Source: Acidobacteriota bacterium (GTDB taxonomy: Bacteria; Actinomycetota; Acidimicrobiia; Spongiisociales; UBA11373). Taken from it: a stretch of DNA of 45,211 nt. Of the stretch, positions 1 to 9,617 are shown piece by piece. Location: positions 1-45,211 of the forward strand of contig JACZWZ010000004.1 in assembly GCA_022571885.1 (NCBI GenBank), read 5' to 3'. The stretch's first letter is position 1, and the number at the start of each line of letters is the position of its first letter. A program made the translations under genes and the position numbers. The notes beneath the pieces are model-generated. The model did not search any database, was not told the origin of the DNA, and was given only the letters and a program-made list of their open reading frames with translations.

Positions 1-1
1 T

Positions 2-497
2 GTGGCCATCGTGCTCAGCGGCGAGGGTGTGGTCATGGATGGGGACGGAGTCCGACCGGCGCCCGAAGCCCTTCGCGAACATGGAATCACGCCGGTCAGG
101 TTCGAGGCCAAAGACGGTGTCTCACTGATCAATGGGACCGACGGGATCCTCGGCATGCTTGTCATGGCGAGCGAAGACATCCGCGTCTTGCTGGCGACGG
201 CGGAGATCGCTACAGCGATGACGGTCGAGGCGCTGCTCGGCACAGATCGCGCTTTCGCCGATGACCTGCATGCCATTCGCCCTCATCCCGGCCAGAAGAC
301 GAGTGCGGCAAATCTCTTTCAGCTCCTAAAGGGATCGGCAATAGTGGCATCACATCGGGACAACGACCCTCGGGTCCAAGATGCCTATTCTTTGCGATGT
401 AGCCCACAGGTCATAGGTGCAGCGCGGGACACGCTAGGGCACGCCATCAACGTCGCCGACGTGGAGTTGCATTCGGCGATCGACAACCCGGTCGTGC
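2..497 (+). pseudogene. hutH: histidine ammonia-lyase internal fragment (open at window edge, 3'-truncated by fusion to ilvD)
   Basis: Motifs [40 protein letters not shown]. Similarity stops before the expected GNFHG motif, after which the frame reads antisense ilvD. Confidence 0.85.
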
Positions 498-1914
498 CAC
501 CCGAGAAGCGCCCGTCTGTCAGCAAGGCGGTGCTCTCGCCGAGGCCGGCACCCTTGATACCGGCGGTGATTCGCAGCATTTCCCGCATCCCGGGGCCGCC
601 GCTGGGGCCCTCGTGGCGGATCACGACCACGTCGCCCTCGTGCAGATCGTGGCGGCTCAGCGCGTCCAGGGCGTCGCGCTCGTCATCAAACACCCGTGCC
701 GGGCCTTCGAACACAGACTGATCGACCCCGGCGACCTTTACCACTGCTCCTTCCGGAGCCAATGAGCCGCGCAGGACCGCGATCCCTCCGTTCGACGCCA
801 GCGGAGCCGACATCGCCAGCAGCACATCCTGATCCGCCGGGAACGACACACCTTCCAGATTCTCGGCCATGGTCTTGCCGGTCACCGTCATCGTGTCGCC
901 GACCAGCAACCCCTCATCGAGCAACGCCCGCAGCGCAACCGGGACCCCGCCGATCCGGTCGAGATCCACCATGTGGTACTTCCCGAATGGTCGTAGGTCG
1001 CCGATGTGCGGAGTCCTGCGGCTGATGCGATCGAAGTCCTCCAACGAGAGCTCCACCCTCGCCTCATGGGCGATGGCCAGCAGGTGCAGCACCGCGTTGG
1101 TGGAGCCACCAAGTGCCATCACGATGGTGATGGCGTTCTCGAAGGCGTCCCGGGTCATGATCTGGCGCGGCCGCAGGTTGGCGTCCAGCAGGTCCATCAC
1201 TGCCGCGCCGGAAGCCTTGGCGAAATCTTCGAGGCGTGGATCGATCGCCGGGACCGAGGCGCTCGCCGGCAGCGACATGCCGAGCGCCTCAGCCACCGAT
1301 GCCATGGTGTTGGCGGTGAACATCCCGGCACACGAACCCTCACCGGGGCAGGCGGCACGTTCCAGTTCCAGCAGCTCGTCATCGGTGAGTTTGCCCTCGG
1401 AGTGGGCACCGATGCCTTCGAACACGTCGACGATCGAGATGTCACGATCGCGCCAACGCCCGGGCATGATCGTCCCGCCGTACAGGAACACCGCAGGCAG
1501 GTTCAAGCGAGCCGCCGCCATCAGCATGCCCGGGAGTGACTTGTCGCACCCTGCGATTGATACCAACGCATCAAACCGTTCGCCGTGCATCATCAGCTCG
1601 ACCGAATCGGCGATTACCTCGCGCGAAACGAGGGAGGCTCGCATCCCTTCGGTTCCCATCGAGATTCCATCGGATACTGCGATCGTCGAAAACGTCAGAC
1701 CGATCCCGCCAGCCTCAGCCACACCGACCTTGGCCCGGGCCGCCAGACGCGGCCCGCTGATATTGCACGGGGTGACCTCATTGCCGGCGGACACCACGCC
1801 GACCTGTGGCTTGGAGAAGTCGTCGTCGCCCAGGCCGACGGCTCTCAACATGGCTCGAGAGGCAGCAGCCTCGGGAAAGCGGGTCACGTCGTCGGAACGG
1901 ATCTTGCGGGTCAT
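478..1914 (-). CDS. ilvD: dihydroxy-acid dehydratase, C-terminally truncated after [14 protein letters not shown] (frame continues to a stop at 385 through antisense hutH)
   Basis: Motifs [54 protein letters not shown]. The expected GHVAPEA... tail is missing. Start taken at MTRKIRS (ATG 1914; alternative 1923). Confidence 0.9.
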
Positions 1915-2077
1915 CGGCGGCATCCTAGAGACAGCACCCAGATCCTCCCCTGTCGAGTGTCGGGTGCACGATACGCCCGAAACATTCGCGACCTCCGGGT
2001 CCAAGGCGTCCTGTTTCCTCTCCCTCAGGTGTCGGGTTGCGCGAGAGATCACCTCGGCGGGGAGCCGGCGAACTGCT

Positions 2078-2248
2078 GGGGGTTCCGATCACTCTCCCCT
2101 TTGGGGGGAGTCAGCGAGCAAAGCAAGCTGGTGGGGGCTCCGATCACTCTCCCCTCTGGGGGGAGTCAGCGAGCAAAGCAAGCTGGTGGGGGCTCCGATC
2201 ACTCTCCCCTTTGGGGGGAGTCAGCGAGCAAAGCGAGCTGGTGGGGGG
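2078..2248 (+). repeat. three tandem 55-bp copies of a REP-like palindromic repeat
   Basis: ACTCTCCCCT(T/C)TGGGGGGAGTCAGCGAGCAAAGC(A/G)AGCTGGTGGGGG starts at 2091, 2146 and 2201, with no unique spacers. Confidence 0.95.
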
Positions 2249-2304
2249 TTCTTGGTTGACATGCGAATTGGTAGTGCTCGGTGGTGGGATCGAGGGACGC
2301 GTTG

Positions 2305-2360
2305 CCCCCCACCAATCGACCTACGGCCGATCGACTCCCCCCAGAGGGGAGAGTTGTCAG
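2305..2360 (-). repeat. inverted copy of the REP-like repeat
   Basis: Reverse complement reads ACTCTCCCCTCTGGGGGGAGTC-GATCGGCCGTAGGTCGAT-TGGTGGGGGG. Confidence 0.9.
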
Positions 2361-2427
2361 AAAGAGAAGCCGGCGGGTCCTAACTGCCCCGCCAAGAGGC
2401 GTTCGACAACTCCCTTTATTAATGGGC

Positions 2428-2455
2428 TTGACAAGCCGATAAGGCTTGCAATACT
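2428..2455 (+). promoter_or_regulatory. putative sigma70-type promoter of the ilv-leu operon
   Basis: TTGACA (2428-2433), 16 nt, AATACT. The spacer region carries the dyad CAAGCC-N5-GGCTTG. Confidence 0.55.
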
Positions 2456-2465
2456 CACCCGCCAC

Positions 2466-2507
2466 ATGTCAAGAACCACCACCACCCTCGTACTCATTCT
2501 TATGTAG
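2466..2507 (+). CDS. ilvL: ilvB operon leader (attenuator) peptide MSRTTTTLVLILM
   Basis: 13-codon ORF with a run of Thr then Leu/Val/Ile codons, directly upstream of a hairpin and terminator before ilvB. Confidence 0.8.
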   Translation: MSRTTTTLVLILM

Positions 2508-2538
2508 CGCGTACGTCTACATAGATGCGTATGCGCCG

Positions 2539-2561
2539 CCCTCCCCCCGGGAGGGTTTTTT
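2539..2561 (+). terminator. attenuator terminator
   Basis: CCCTCCC-CCC-GGGAGGG followed by TTTTTT, preceded by a second hairpin at ~2507-2536. Confidence 0.8.
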
Positions 2562-2584
2562 CGTACCCGAGCCAGGAACGCCAG

Positions 2585-4297
2585 ATGCCCAAGATGTCCG
2601 GAGCCGCAGTCCTCATCAAGTCCCTCGAATACGAGGGGGTAGAGGTCGCGTTCGGCGTGCCCGGCGGTGCCATCCTGCCGGCGTACGATCCGCTGCTCGA
2701 CAGCCCGATCAGGCACGTCCTGGCTCGCCACGAACAAGGTGCCGGGCACATGGCAGAGGGCTACGCCCACGCCACCGGCCGAGTCGGTGTGGTGATCGTC
2801 ACCTCGGGGCCGGGGGCAACCAACATCATGACCCCGCTGCAGAACGCCCTGATGGACTCTGTCCCGATAGTTGCCATCACCGGGCAGGTCGCCCTGTCAT
2901 CCATGGGCAACGACGCCTTCCAGGAGGCACCGACCACCGGCATGGCAATGCATTGCACCAAGCACACCTTCCTCGTCACCGATGCCAACGAGATCTGCGA
3001 CGTGGTCCATCAGGCGTTCCATCTGGCTTCGACCGGTCGCAAGGGGCCGGTACTGATCGACATCCCCAAGGACCTGCTGGTGACCGAGATCGAGTGGCAT
3101 GAGCCCGGACCGGTAGACCTGCCCGGATACAAGCCGTCGCGAGCCGGACACAGCCGTCAGATCGAGCGTGCCATCGACCTCATCATGGAAGCCAGCCAAC
3201 CGGTCCTGTACGTCGGCGGAGGCATCATCGCCGCCGGCGCATCCGAGGAATTGCTCCAATTTGCCGAAGCACTCGACGTTCCGGTCACCACCACCCTGAT
3301 GGCCCGCGGCGCCTTCCCCGACGCTCACCGATTGGCGATGGGGATGCCGGGCATGCACGGCACCTATACCGCCGTCACCGCCATGCAGGAAGCCGACCTG
3401 CTGATTGCCCTCGGCACCCGATTCGACGACCGAGTCACCGGCAATCCGGCGACCTTCGCTCCAGGGGCGAAGGTGATCCACGTCGACATCGACCCGGCCG
3501 AGATCGGCAAGGTGCGTAATCCTGAAGTTCCAATCGTCGGCGACGTCAGAGTGGTTCTGGAGCAACTCGTATCTGCTCTGGGAGTCCGGCTGGGCGATGA
3601 GTCTCTGCCGGATCGCTCGCACTGGCTGGAGACAATCGCCGGATGGCAGGCGAAGTACCCATTGAGCTACCAGCAGGAGCCGGATGGCCCGGTAAAGGCC
3701 CAGTACGTGATCGAGCAGTTGCTCGAGGCCACCGGTGGCGATTGCATCGTGGTGTCGGGGGTCGGCCAGCACCAGATGTGGGCCAGCCAGTTCTGGTCGT
3801 TCTCCAAGCCCCGCACTTGGATCAACTCGGGCGGATTGGGAACAATGGGCTTTGCCGTTCCAGCCGCGATCGGAGCCAAGGTGGGCATGCCGGACGAGTT
3901 GGTGGTCGCCGTCGACGGTGACGGTTCGTTCCAGATGACGTTCCAGGAGATGGTGACGGCTTCCACCGAGAAGGTGCCGATCAAGGTGGTCTTGATCAAC
4001 AACGGCGGCCACGGGATGGTGCGCCAATGGCAGACGCTGTTTTATGGCCGCCGCTACTCGGCCACCGATCTGAGTGGAGACTCTCCGAACTACGCGGCTC
4101 TGGCCGAGGCTTGTGGGTGGGTCGGAATGATGGTCGAAACCCCCGACGACGTCGGACCTGCGCTGCGCAAGATGCTCTCGACCAACGATCGACCGGTGCT
4201 GCTCGAAATACGGACCGACCCCGATGAAATGGTGTGGCCGATGGTGCCAGCCGGTGGCTCCTGCAGCGACATCGCCCTCGGACCGGAGGATCTCTGA
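2585..4297 (+). CDS. ilvB: acetolactate synthase large subunit
   Basis: FGVPGGAILP, RHEQGAGHMAEGYA, TSGPGATN, SGGLGTMGFAVPAAIGA, TPP motif GDGSFQM...NN. Confidence 0.97.
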   Translation: MPKMSGAAVLIKSLEYEGVEVAFGVPGGAILPAYDPLLDSPIRHVLARHEQGAGHMAEGYAHATGRVGVVIVTSGPGATNIMTPLQNALMDSVPIVAITGQVALSSMGNDAFQEAPTTGMAMHCTKHTFLVTDANEICDVVHQAFHLASTGRKGPVLIDIPKDLLVTEIEWHEPGPVDLPGYKPSRAGHSRQIERAIDLIMEASQPVLYVGGGIIAAGASEELLQFAEALDVPVTTTLMARGAFPDAHRLAMGMPGMHGTYTAVTAMQEADLLIALGTRFDDRVTGNPATFAPGAKVIHVDIDPAEIGKVRNPEVPIVGDVRVVLEQLVSALGVRLGDESLPDRSHWLETIAGWQAKYPLSYQQEPDGPVKAQYVIEQLLEATGGDCIVVSGVGQHQMWASQFWSFSKPRTWINSGGLGTMGFAVPAAIGAKVGMPDELVVAVDGDGSFQMTFQEMVTASTEKVPIKVVLINNGGHGMVRQWQTLFYGRRYSATDLSGDSPNYAALAEACGWVGMMVETPDDVGPALRKMLSTNDRPVLLEIRTDPDEMVWPMVPAGGSCSDIALGPEDL

Positions 4298-4457
4298 TGC
4301 CCTGGGAGGTAACTCTGGCGAAGTCCAGGACGAGGCAGGGGTGCCTCTGTCAAGGCCTTCGGACGAAGACCCAATATTCGCGCTTCGAGGACCGGGACGC
4401 AGCCAGGGGCGTCGCCGGCCGTGCTGAAGCCGACAAACGTTGCCGGGCGGGGCACTA

Positions 4458-4958
4458 ATGCATCACACGCTGTCGGTCACGGTGCAGGACAAGCCGGGTG
4501 TGCTGGCCCGAGTCGCCTCGATGTGTGCGCTGCGGGGCTTCAATATCCGCTCACTGGCGGTGGGTCCGATCCACCAGCCGGGTCTATCGAGAATCACCCT
4601 CGTCGTCGACGATGTCGCCGTCGAGCAGGTCACCAAACAACTCCACAAACTGGTGAACGTCCTCAAGGTGTCGGAACTCGACCCGAACGACTCACTGGAA
4701 CGTGAGGTGATGCTGGTGCGGGTGTCCGCCGATCCCGGGATCCGGCGAGAAGTGCGTGACACCGCCGAAGTATTCGGTGCCACCACCATCGACGTGGGAG
4801 CCAAAACCGTCACCTTCGAACTGTGTGATCACCCCCAGCGCCTCAGCGATTTTCTGGCCCTCATCGGACACTACGGGGTGGTCGACCTGGTCAAGTCGGG
4901 GCGAATTGCGATGGCCCGCGACGCCAAGGCCAAGACCAAAGCCGGTACCGAGCAGTAG
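4458..4958 (+). CDS. ilvN: acetolactate synthase small (ACT) subunit
   Basis: [37 protein letters not shown]; operon position. Confidence 0.95.
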   Translation: MHHTLSVTVQDKPGVLARVASMCALRGFNIRSLAVGPIHQPGLSRITLVVDDVAVEQVTKQLHKLVNVLKVSELDPNDSLEREVMLVRVSADPGIRREVRDTAEVFGATTIDVGAKTVTFELCDHPQRLSDFLALIGHYGVVDLVKSGRIAMARDAKAKTKAGTEQ

Positions 4959-4968
4959 GAGCGCGCCC

Positions 4969-5979
4969 ATGACCATCAACATCCACTACCAGAAGGACGC
5001 CGACCCCCAGCTGATACGGGACCGCAAGGTCGCCGTCATCGGTTACGGCAGTCAGGGTCACGCCCACGCCGGCAACCTGGCGGACTCGGGAGTGGAGGTC
5101 GTCGTCGGCCTACGAACCTCTTCGTCCTCCGCAGACACCGCCCGCCAATCCGGCCTCGAAGTACGCACCCCGGCTGAAGCGGCCCAATGGGCCGATCTGG
5201 TGATGATGCTGGTACCCGATCAGCACATGTCCGACATCTACCGCGACGACATCGCAGCCCACCTGGGGCCGGGCGACGCGCTGTTCTTTGCCCACGGCTT
5301 CAACGTCCACTTCGGGGAGATCGAAGCACCCGACGGTGTCGATGTGGCCATGGTCGCTCCCAAGGGGCCCGGCCATCTGGTGCGCCGCACATACGAGGAG
5401 GGCAGCGGTGTTCCCGCCCTGGTGGCCGTCCACAAGGATCCCTCGGGTTCGGCGATGGCTCTGGCCATCTCATACGCCGACGCCATCGGCGCCACCCGGG
5501 CCGGGGTGCTGGAGACGACCTTCCGTGAGGAAACGGAGACCGATCTCTTCGGCGAGCAGGTCATCCTGTGCGGTGGGGTTTCCGAACTGATCAAGGCTTC
5601 TTTCGAGACCCTGGTCGATGCCGGGTACGCACCGGAGTCGGCCTACTTCGAATGCCTCCACGAACTGAAGCTGATCGTCGACCTTCTGTACGAAGGCGGA
5701 CTGGGTTGGATGCGCCACTCGATCTCGGACACGGCCGAATATGGCGACTTCACCCGGGGACCCCGAATTGTCACCGACGAGACCCGAAGTGAGATGCGTC
5801 GGATTCTGGCCGAGATCCAGTCCGGCGAGTTCGCCCGCGAATGGCTGGCCGAAAACCGCTCCGGAGCAACCAATCTGGCCAAGTTCCGCGCCCAGGATGC
5901 ACAGCATCCGATCGAAGAAGTCGGTGGTCGTCTCAGGTCGCTGATGCCGTTCATGGACCCGAAGAGCCCCCCGTCATGA
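4969..5979 (+). CDS. ilvC: ketol-acid reductoisomerase
   Basis: [52 protein letters not shown]. Confidence 0.97.
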   Translation: MTINIHYQKDADPQLIRDRKVAVIGYGSQGHAHAGNLADSGVEVVVGLRTSSSSADTARQSGLEVRTPAEAAQWADLVMMLVPDQHMSDIYRDDIAAHLGPGDALFFAHGFNVHFGEIEAPDGVDVAMVAPKGPGHLVRRTYEEGSGVPALVAVHKDPSGSAMALAISYADAIGATRAGVLETTFREETETDLFGEQVILCGGVSELIKASFETLVDAGYAPESAYFECLHELKLIVDLLYEGGLGWMRHSISDTAEYGDFTRGPRIVTDETRSEMRRILAEIQSGEFAREWLAENRSGATNLAKFRAQDAQHPIEEVGGRLRSLMPFMDPKSPPS

Positions 5980-6034
5980 AGAGCCCTCATCCATCTCCAG
6001 ACATCGCAGAACTCGCCGGACCAGGAGAATCGCA

Positions 6035-6391
6035 GTGCACCTACCAATAGAGCAGGTAACCCGCCAGGTATCGGACACCGTGACCAACGGCCGCGTTGTC
6101 GCCCCGCACATTCCGCAGCGAGTATCGGCGCGCGAGCTCACGATCGAGTTCGACCCCGAGCCCTACCCCGAGGTGCCGGCCGCGTTCGAAGAATTCTGCC
6201 GCATCACCGGCACCGCCGGCCGTCTAATCGGATACGAGGTGCGCCCGGTCGTCGGCGACGATGAGATCACGGCCCGGGTCACCGCCACCGTGAAGCTGGG
6301 CAGCGCCTCATTCGTCGGGCACGGAGTCGCCGAAGATGTCGTCGTAGGTTCCGTGCAGGCATTCGCCGCTGCGGTAGCCCAGCAGAAGTAG
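6035..6391 (+). CDS. stand-alone protein resembling the LeuA allosteric (C-terminal regulatory) domain
   Basis: C-terminal ~75 aa (AAFEEFCRITG..LIGYEV..V....ARVTATV....FVGHGVAEDVVVGSVQAFAAAV) follow the LeuA regulatory-domain pattern. RBS AGGAGA at 6023-6028. Lies between ilvC and leuB. Confidence 0.65.
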   Translation: MHLPIEQVTRQVSDTVTNGRVVAPHIPQRVSARELTIEFDPEPYPEVPAAFEEFCRITGTAGRLIGYEVRPVVGDDEITARVTATVKLGSASFVGHGVAEDVVVGSVQAFAAAVAQQK

Positions 6392-6398
6392 TCGCACC

Positions 6399-7445
6399 AT
6401 GCGCATCGGAGTCGTCCCCGGTGACGGCAAAGGTCCGGAGGTGATTGTCGAGGCACTGCGGGTTCTCGACGCCGCCGCCGCCCGATTCGATCTAACTCTC
6501 GAATACGAGCATTTCGATCTTGGAGGTGAGCGCTATCTCCGCACCGGCGAAGTCCTTCCAGACGACGTCGCCGAATCCCTGGCAAATGTGGATGCGATCA
6601 TGTTCGGCGCCGTCGGCCACCCCGACGTCGCGCCCGGCATCCTCGAGCGGGGAATCATCCTGCGACTCCGACGCCAACTCGATCAGTACATCAACCTCAG
6701 GCCGGTCAAGCTCTACCCCGGGGTCGCCTCTCCGCTCGCCGGCAAGGATCACCGCGACATCGACTTCGTGGTGGTGCGGGAGAACACCGAAGGCCTCTAC
6801 GTAGGCGCCGGTGGATTCGCCCACCGCGGAACCCGCCACGAGGTGGCGACCGAGGAGTCGGTCAACACCCGCTTCGGAGTCGAGCGGACCATCCGATTCG
6901 CATTCGAAGTCGCCGCCGGACGTAAGCGGAAACACATCACACTCTGCGGCAAGACCAACGTCTTGGTGCATGCCCACGACCTGTGGATGCGGGTTTTCGA
7001 AGAGGTTGGGTCCGACTACAACGGCGTCGAATGCGCCTACGCCAATGTGGACGCGGTGTGTGCCTGGATGGTGCAGAGCCCGGAGCGATTCGACGTGATC
7101 GTCACCGACAACATGTTCGGCGATATCATCACCGATCTGGGAGCGGCTATCCAGGGTGGCCTGGGAATAGCCGCCGGAGCCAATCTCAATCCGGACGGGG
7201 TATCGATGTTCGAGCCGATCGGGGGGACGGCACCGGATGTGGCCGGGACCGGGAAGATCAACCCGCTGGCTGCGATCGGCGCTGCCGGGATGCTTCTCAC
7301 TCACACCGGCCAAACTGCGGCAGGTGCTGCCGTCGAGACCGCGGTGGCCACCGTGGCCGGTGCACTCCCATCGCTGGCCGCCGGCGCGATGGGGATGAGC
7401 ACCTCCGAAGTGGGAGACCGGGTGTGCGAATTGGTGACCCGATGA
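6399..7445 (+). CDS. leuB: 3-isopropylmalate dehydrogenase
   Basis: [44 protein letters not shown]; adjacent to leuCD. Confidence 0.93.
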   Translation: MRIGVVPGDGKGPEVIVEALRVLDAAAARFDLTLEYEHFDLGGERYLRTGEVLPDDVAESLANVDAIMFGAVGHPDVAPGILERGIILRLRRQLDQYINLRPVKLYPGVASPLAGKDHRDIDFVVVRENTEGLYVGAGGFAHRGTRHEVATEESVNTRFGVERTIRFAFEVAAGRKRKHITLCGKTNVLVHAHDLWMRVFEEVGSDYNGVECAYANVDAVCAWMVQSPERFDVIVTDNMFGDIITDLGAAIQGGLGIAAGANLNPDGVSMFEPIGGTAPDVAGTGKINPLAAIGAAGMLLTHTGQTAAGAAVETAVATVAGALPSLAAGAMGMSTSEVGDRVCELVTR

Positions 7446-8848
7446 CCGCCGGCCGCACCCTCTTCGAGAAGGTCTGGGAGGATCACCTCGTGGTAGCCGG
7501 AGGTGATGAGCCCGACCTCCTCTACGTGGACCTGCATCTCGTCCACGAAGTCACCTCGCCGCAGGCATTCGAGGCGCTGCGGGTTGCCGGACGGTCGGTC
7601 CGCCGCCCCGATCTGACACTGGCCACTGCCGACCACGGCACACCGACGATCAACCGCTTACTCGGCATCACCGATCCACAATCTCGCCGTCAGGTCGGAG
7701 CCCTTCTCACCAACTGCGGCACGGCCGGGATCACCGTGTTCGGACCCGACGATCCTCGCAACGGGATCGTCCATGTGATCGGCCCCGAACAGGGGGCGAC
7801 CCAGCCCGGGATGACCATCGTCTGCGGCGACAGCCACACCTCGACCCACGGTGCCTTTGGCGCTCTGGCCTTTGGAATCGGCACCTCCGAAGTCGAACAC
7901 GTGCTGGCAACCCAGACGATCCGCCAGCGGCGACCTCGGTCGATGTCTATCACGATCGAGGGAGATCTCCCCACCGGTGTCACTGCCAAGGATCTGGTGC
8001 TGGGGATCATCGCTCAGATCGGAGTCGGCGGTGGCGCCGGCCACGTCATCGAGTATCGCGGCAGTGCAATCGGCGGGCTCTCGATGGACGAACGCATGAC
8101 GGTTTGCAACATGTCGATCGAAGCGGGTGCCCGCGCCGGGCTCATTGCACCGGACCACAAGACGTTCTCATATCTAGAAGGCCGGACTCACGCCCCTTCT
8201 GGTGCGGATTGGGAGAGGGCGATCGAGTACTGGACTTCTCTCCCAACCGACGACACAGCCGAGTTCGATACCGAGGTGGTCGTCGATGCCTCAGGGTTGT
8301 CGCCGTTCGTGAGTTGGGGCACCAATCCCGCCCAAACGGTTCCGGTGACCGCAGAAGTCCCTTCTCCCGACCAGTCCGACGATCCGCTGATTCGCGACGC
8401 AATCCAACGTGCCCTCGACTACATGGATCTTCAACCGGGAACTCTGATCACCGACATCTCTATCGACCGGGTGTTCATCGGCTCCTGCACCAACGCCCGC
8501 CTGGGCGATCTACGCGCAGCGGCATCGGTGATCGAAGGCAAGAAGGTGCATGACAACGTGTCCGCCATGGTGGTCCCGGGTTCGGCTTTGGTGAAACTCG
8601 AGGCGGAGGCCGAGGGATTGGACAAGATCTTCATCGCCGCCGGCTTCGAATGGCGCGAACCGGGCTGCTCGATGTGCCTCGGCATGAACGACGACGTGCT
8701 CGGACCCGGGGAGAGGTGTGCCTCCACCTCCAATCGGAACTACGAAGGCCGGCAGGGCCGCGGCGGTCGCACCCACTTGGTCAGCCCGCAGATGGCGGCT
8801 GCGGCCGCGGTAGCCGGACACTTCGTCGACGTGCGGGAGTGGGAGTGA
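7442..8848 (+). CDS. leuC: 3-isopropylmalate dehydratase large subunit
   Basis: [51 protein letters not shown] overlaps the leuB stop. Confidence 0.97.
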   Translation: MTAGRTLFEKVWEDHLVVAGGDEPDLLYVDLHLVHEVTSPQAFEALRVAGRSVRRPDLTLATADHGTPTINRLLGITDPQSRRQVGALLTNCGTAGITVFGPDDPRNGIVHVIGPEQGATQPGMTIVCGDSHTSTHGAFGALAFGIGTSEVEHVLATQTIRQRRPRSMSITIEGDLPTGVTAKDLVLGIIAQIGVGGGAGHVIEYRGSAIGGLSMDERMTVCNMSIEAGARAGLIAPDHKTFSYLEGRTHAPSGADWERAIEYWTSLPTDDTAEFDTEVVVDASGLSPFVSWGTNPAQTVPVTAEVPSPDQSDDPLIRDAIQRALDYMDLQPGTLITDISIDRVFIGSCTNARLGDLRAAASVIEGKKVHDNVSAMVVPGSALVKLEAEAEGLDKIFIAAGFEWREPGCSMCLGMNDDVLGPGERCASTSNRNYEGRQGRGGRTHLVSPQMAAAAAVAGHFVDVREWE

Positions 8849-9456
8849 TGGAACCGGTCCTGATCGTTTCGGGAACCATGGCCCCGCTCCCGAGGGCGCA
8901 AGTCGATACCGATCAGATCATCCCCAAGCAGTTTCTGAAGCGAATCGAGAGAACCGGTTTCGGCGAGTTCCTCTTCTACGACTGGGCGCGTGACGGCGAA
9001 GGCGAGAAGGACCCCGGCTTCGTCCTCAACCGCCCCCAGTATCGGAAGGCGACGGTGCTGGTGGCCGGCCCCGACTTCGGCACCGGGTCATCCCGCGAGC
9101 ACGCTCCGTGGGCGTTGCACGATTGGGGCTTTCGCGCGGTCATCGCCCCCTCGTTCGGCGACATCTTCCGCTCCAACTGTCACAAGATCGGCCTGCTCGC
9201 GATCGAATTGCCGGAGGCCGTGGTCGACACCCTGCTGGCCTTGGCGGACGAGCAACCCAACGCCGCGGTGACGGTTGACCTGAAGCATCAGAAGCTCAGC
9301 GCACCCGGAGTAGAGGAGTCGTTCGAATTCGATGCATACGCCAAGTACATGCTGCTCAACGGCCTGGACGAGATCGGGTTGACGATGCTCGAAGAATCGG
9401 TCATTGCCGAGTTCGAGGATTCTCGACCGACGTTCAAGCCGAGAACCTCCAGCTAA
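8848..9456 (+). CDS. leuD: 3-isopropylmalate dehydratase small subunit
   Basis: VDTDQIIPKQFL, FGTGSSREHAPWAL, FGDIFRSN. TGATG coupling. Confidence 0.97.
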   Translation: MEPVLIVSGTMAPLPRAQVDTDQIIPKQFLKRIERTGFGEFLFYDWARDGEGEKDPGFVLNRPQYRKATVLVAGPDFGTGSSREHAPWALHDWGFRAVIAPSFGDIFRSNCHKIGLLAIELPEAVVDTLLALADEQPNAAVTVDLKHQKLSAPGVEESFEFDAYAKYMLLNGLDEIGLTMLEESVIAEFEDSRPTFKPRTSS

Positions 9457-9470
9457 CGACCATCGGGCCT

Positions 9471-9588
9471 CGTTTCCCGTTTCCAGTTCCCCGTTCCCCG
9501 AATTCAGTCACTTCGATCTGTGGGGATCACGGAAGCAATCGCGAGACGAATCTGGAAACGGGAGACGGGGCACGGGGAACGGGAAACG
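9471..9588. repeat. inverted heptamer-repeat hairpin (CGTTTCC)n ... (GGAAACG)n
   Basis: About 4 units at 9471-9500 and 5 complementary units at 9554-9588, between convergent leuD and ilvE. Confidence 0.8.
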
Positions 9589-9617
9589 CAACGGCCCGGC
9601 AGACCCGAACTCACTCG

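Noticed and set aside
498-721. C-terminal part of ORF 2..721 as genuine HutH sequence
   Set aside because: It is the antisense reading of ilvD beyond the fusion point.
2078-2248. Possible CRISPR array
   Set aside because: Units are contiguous and near-identical with no unique spacers, no cas genes are present, and the same motif is dispersed singly in both orientations.
869-2383. Long + strand ORF opposite ilvD, and similar shadows such as 27233..29758, 25065..26270 and 2897..4027
   Set aside because: Antisense shadow frames of real genes, typical of high-GC DNA, with no protein motifs.
5976-6050. 24-aa ORF coupled to the ilvC stop ([24 protein letters not shown])
   Set aside because: No recognisable motif or regulatory codon run, and the downstream gene has its own RBS. 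Probably chance.
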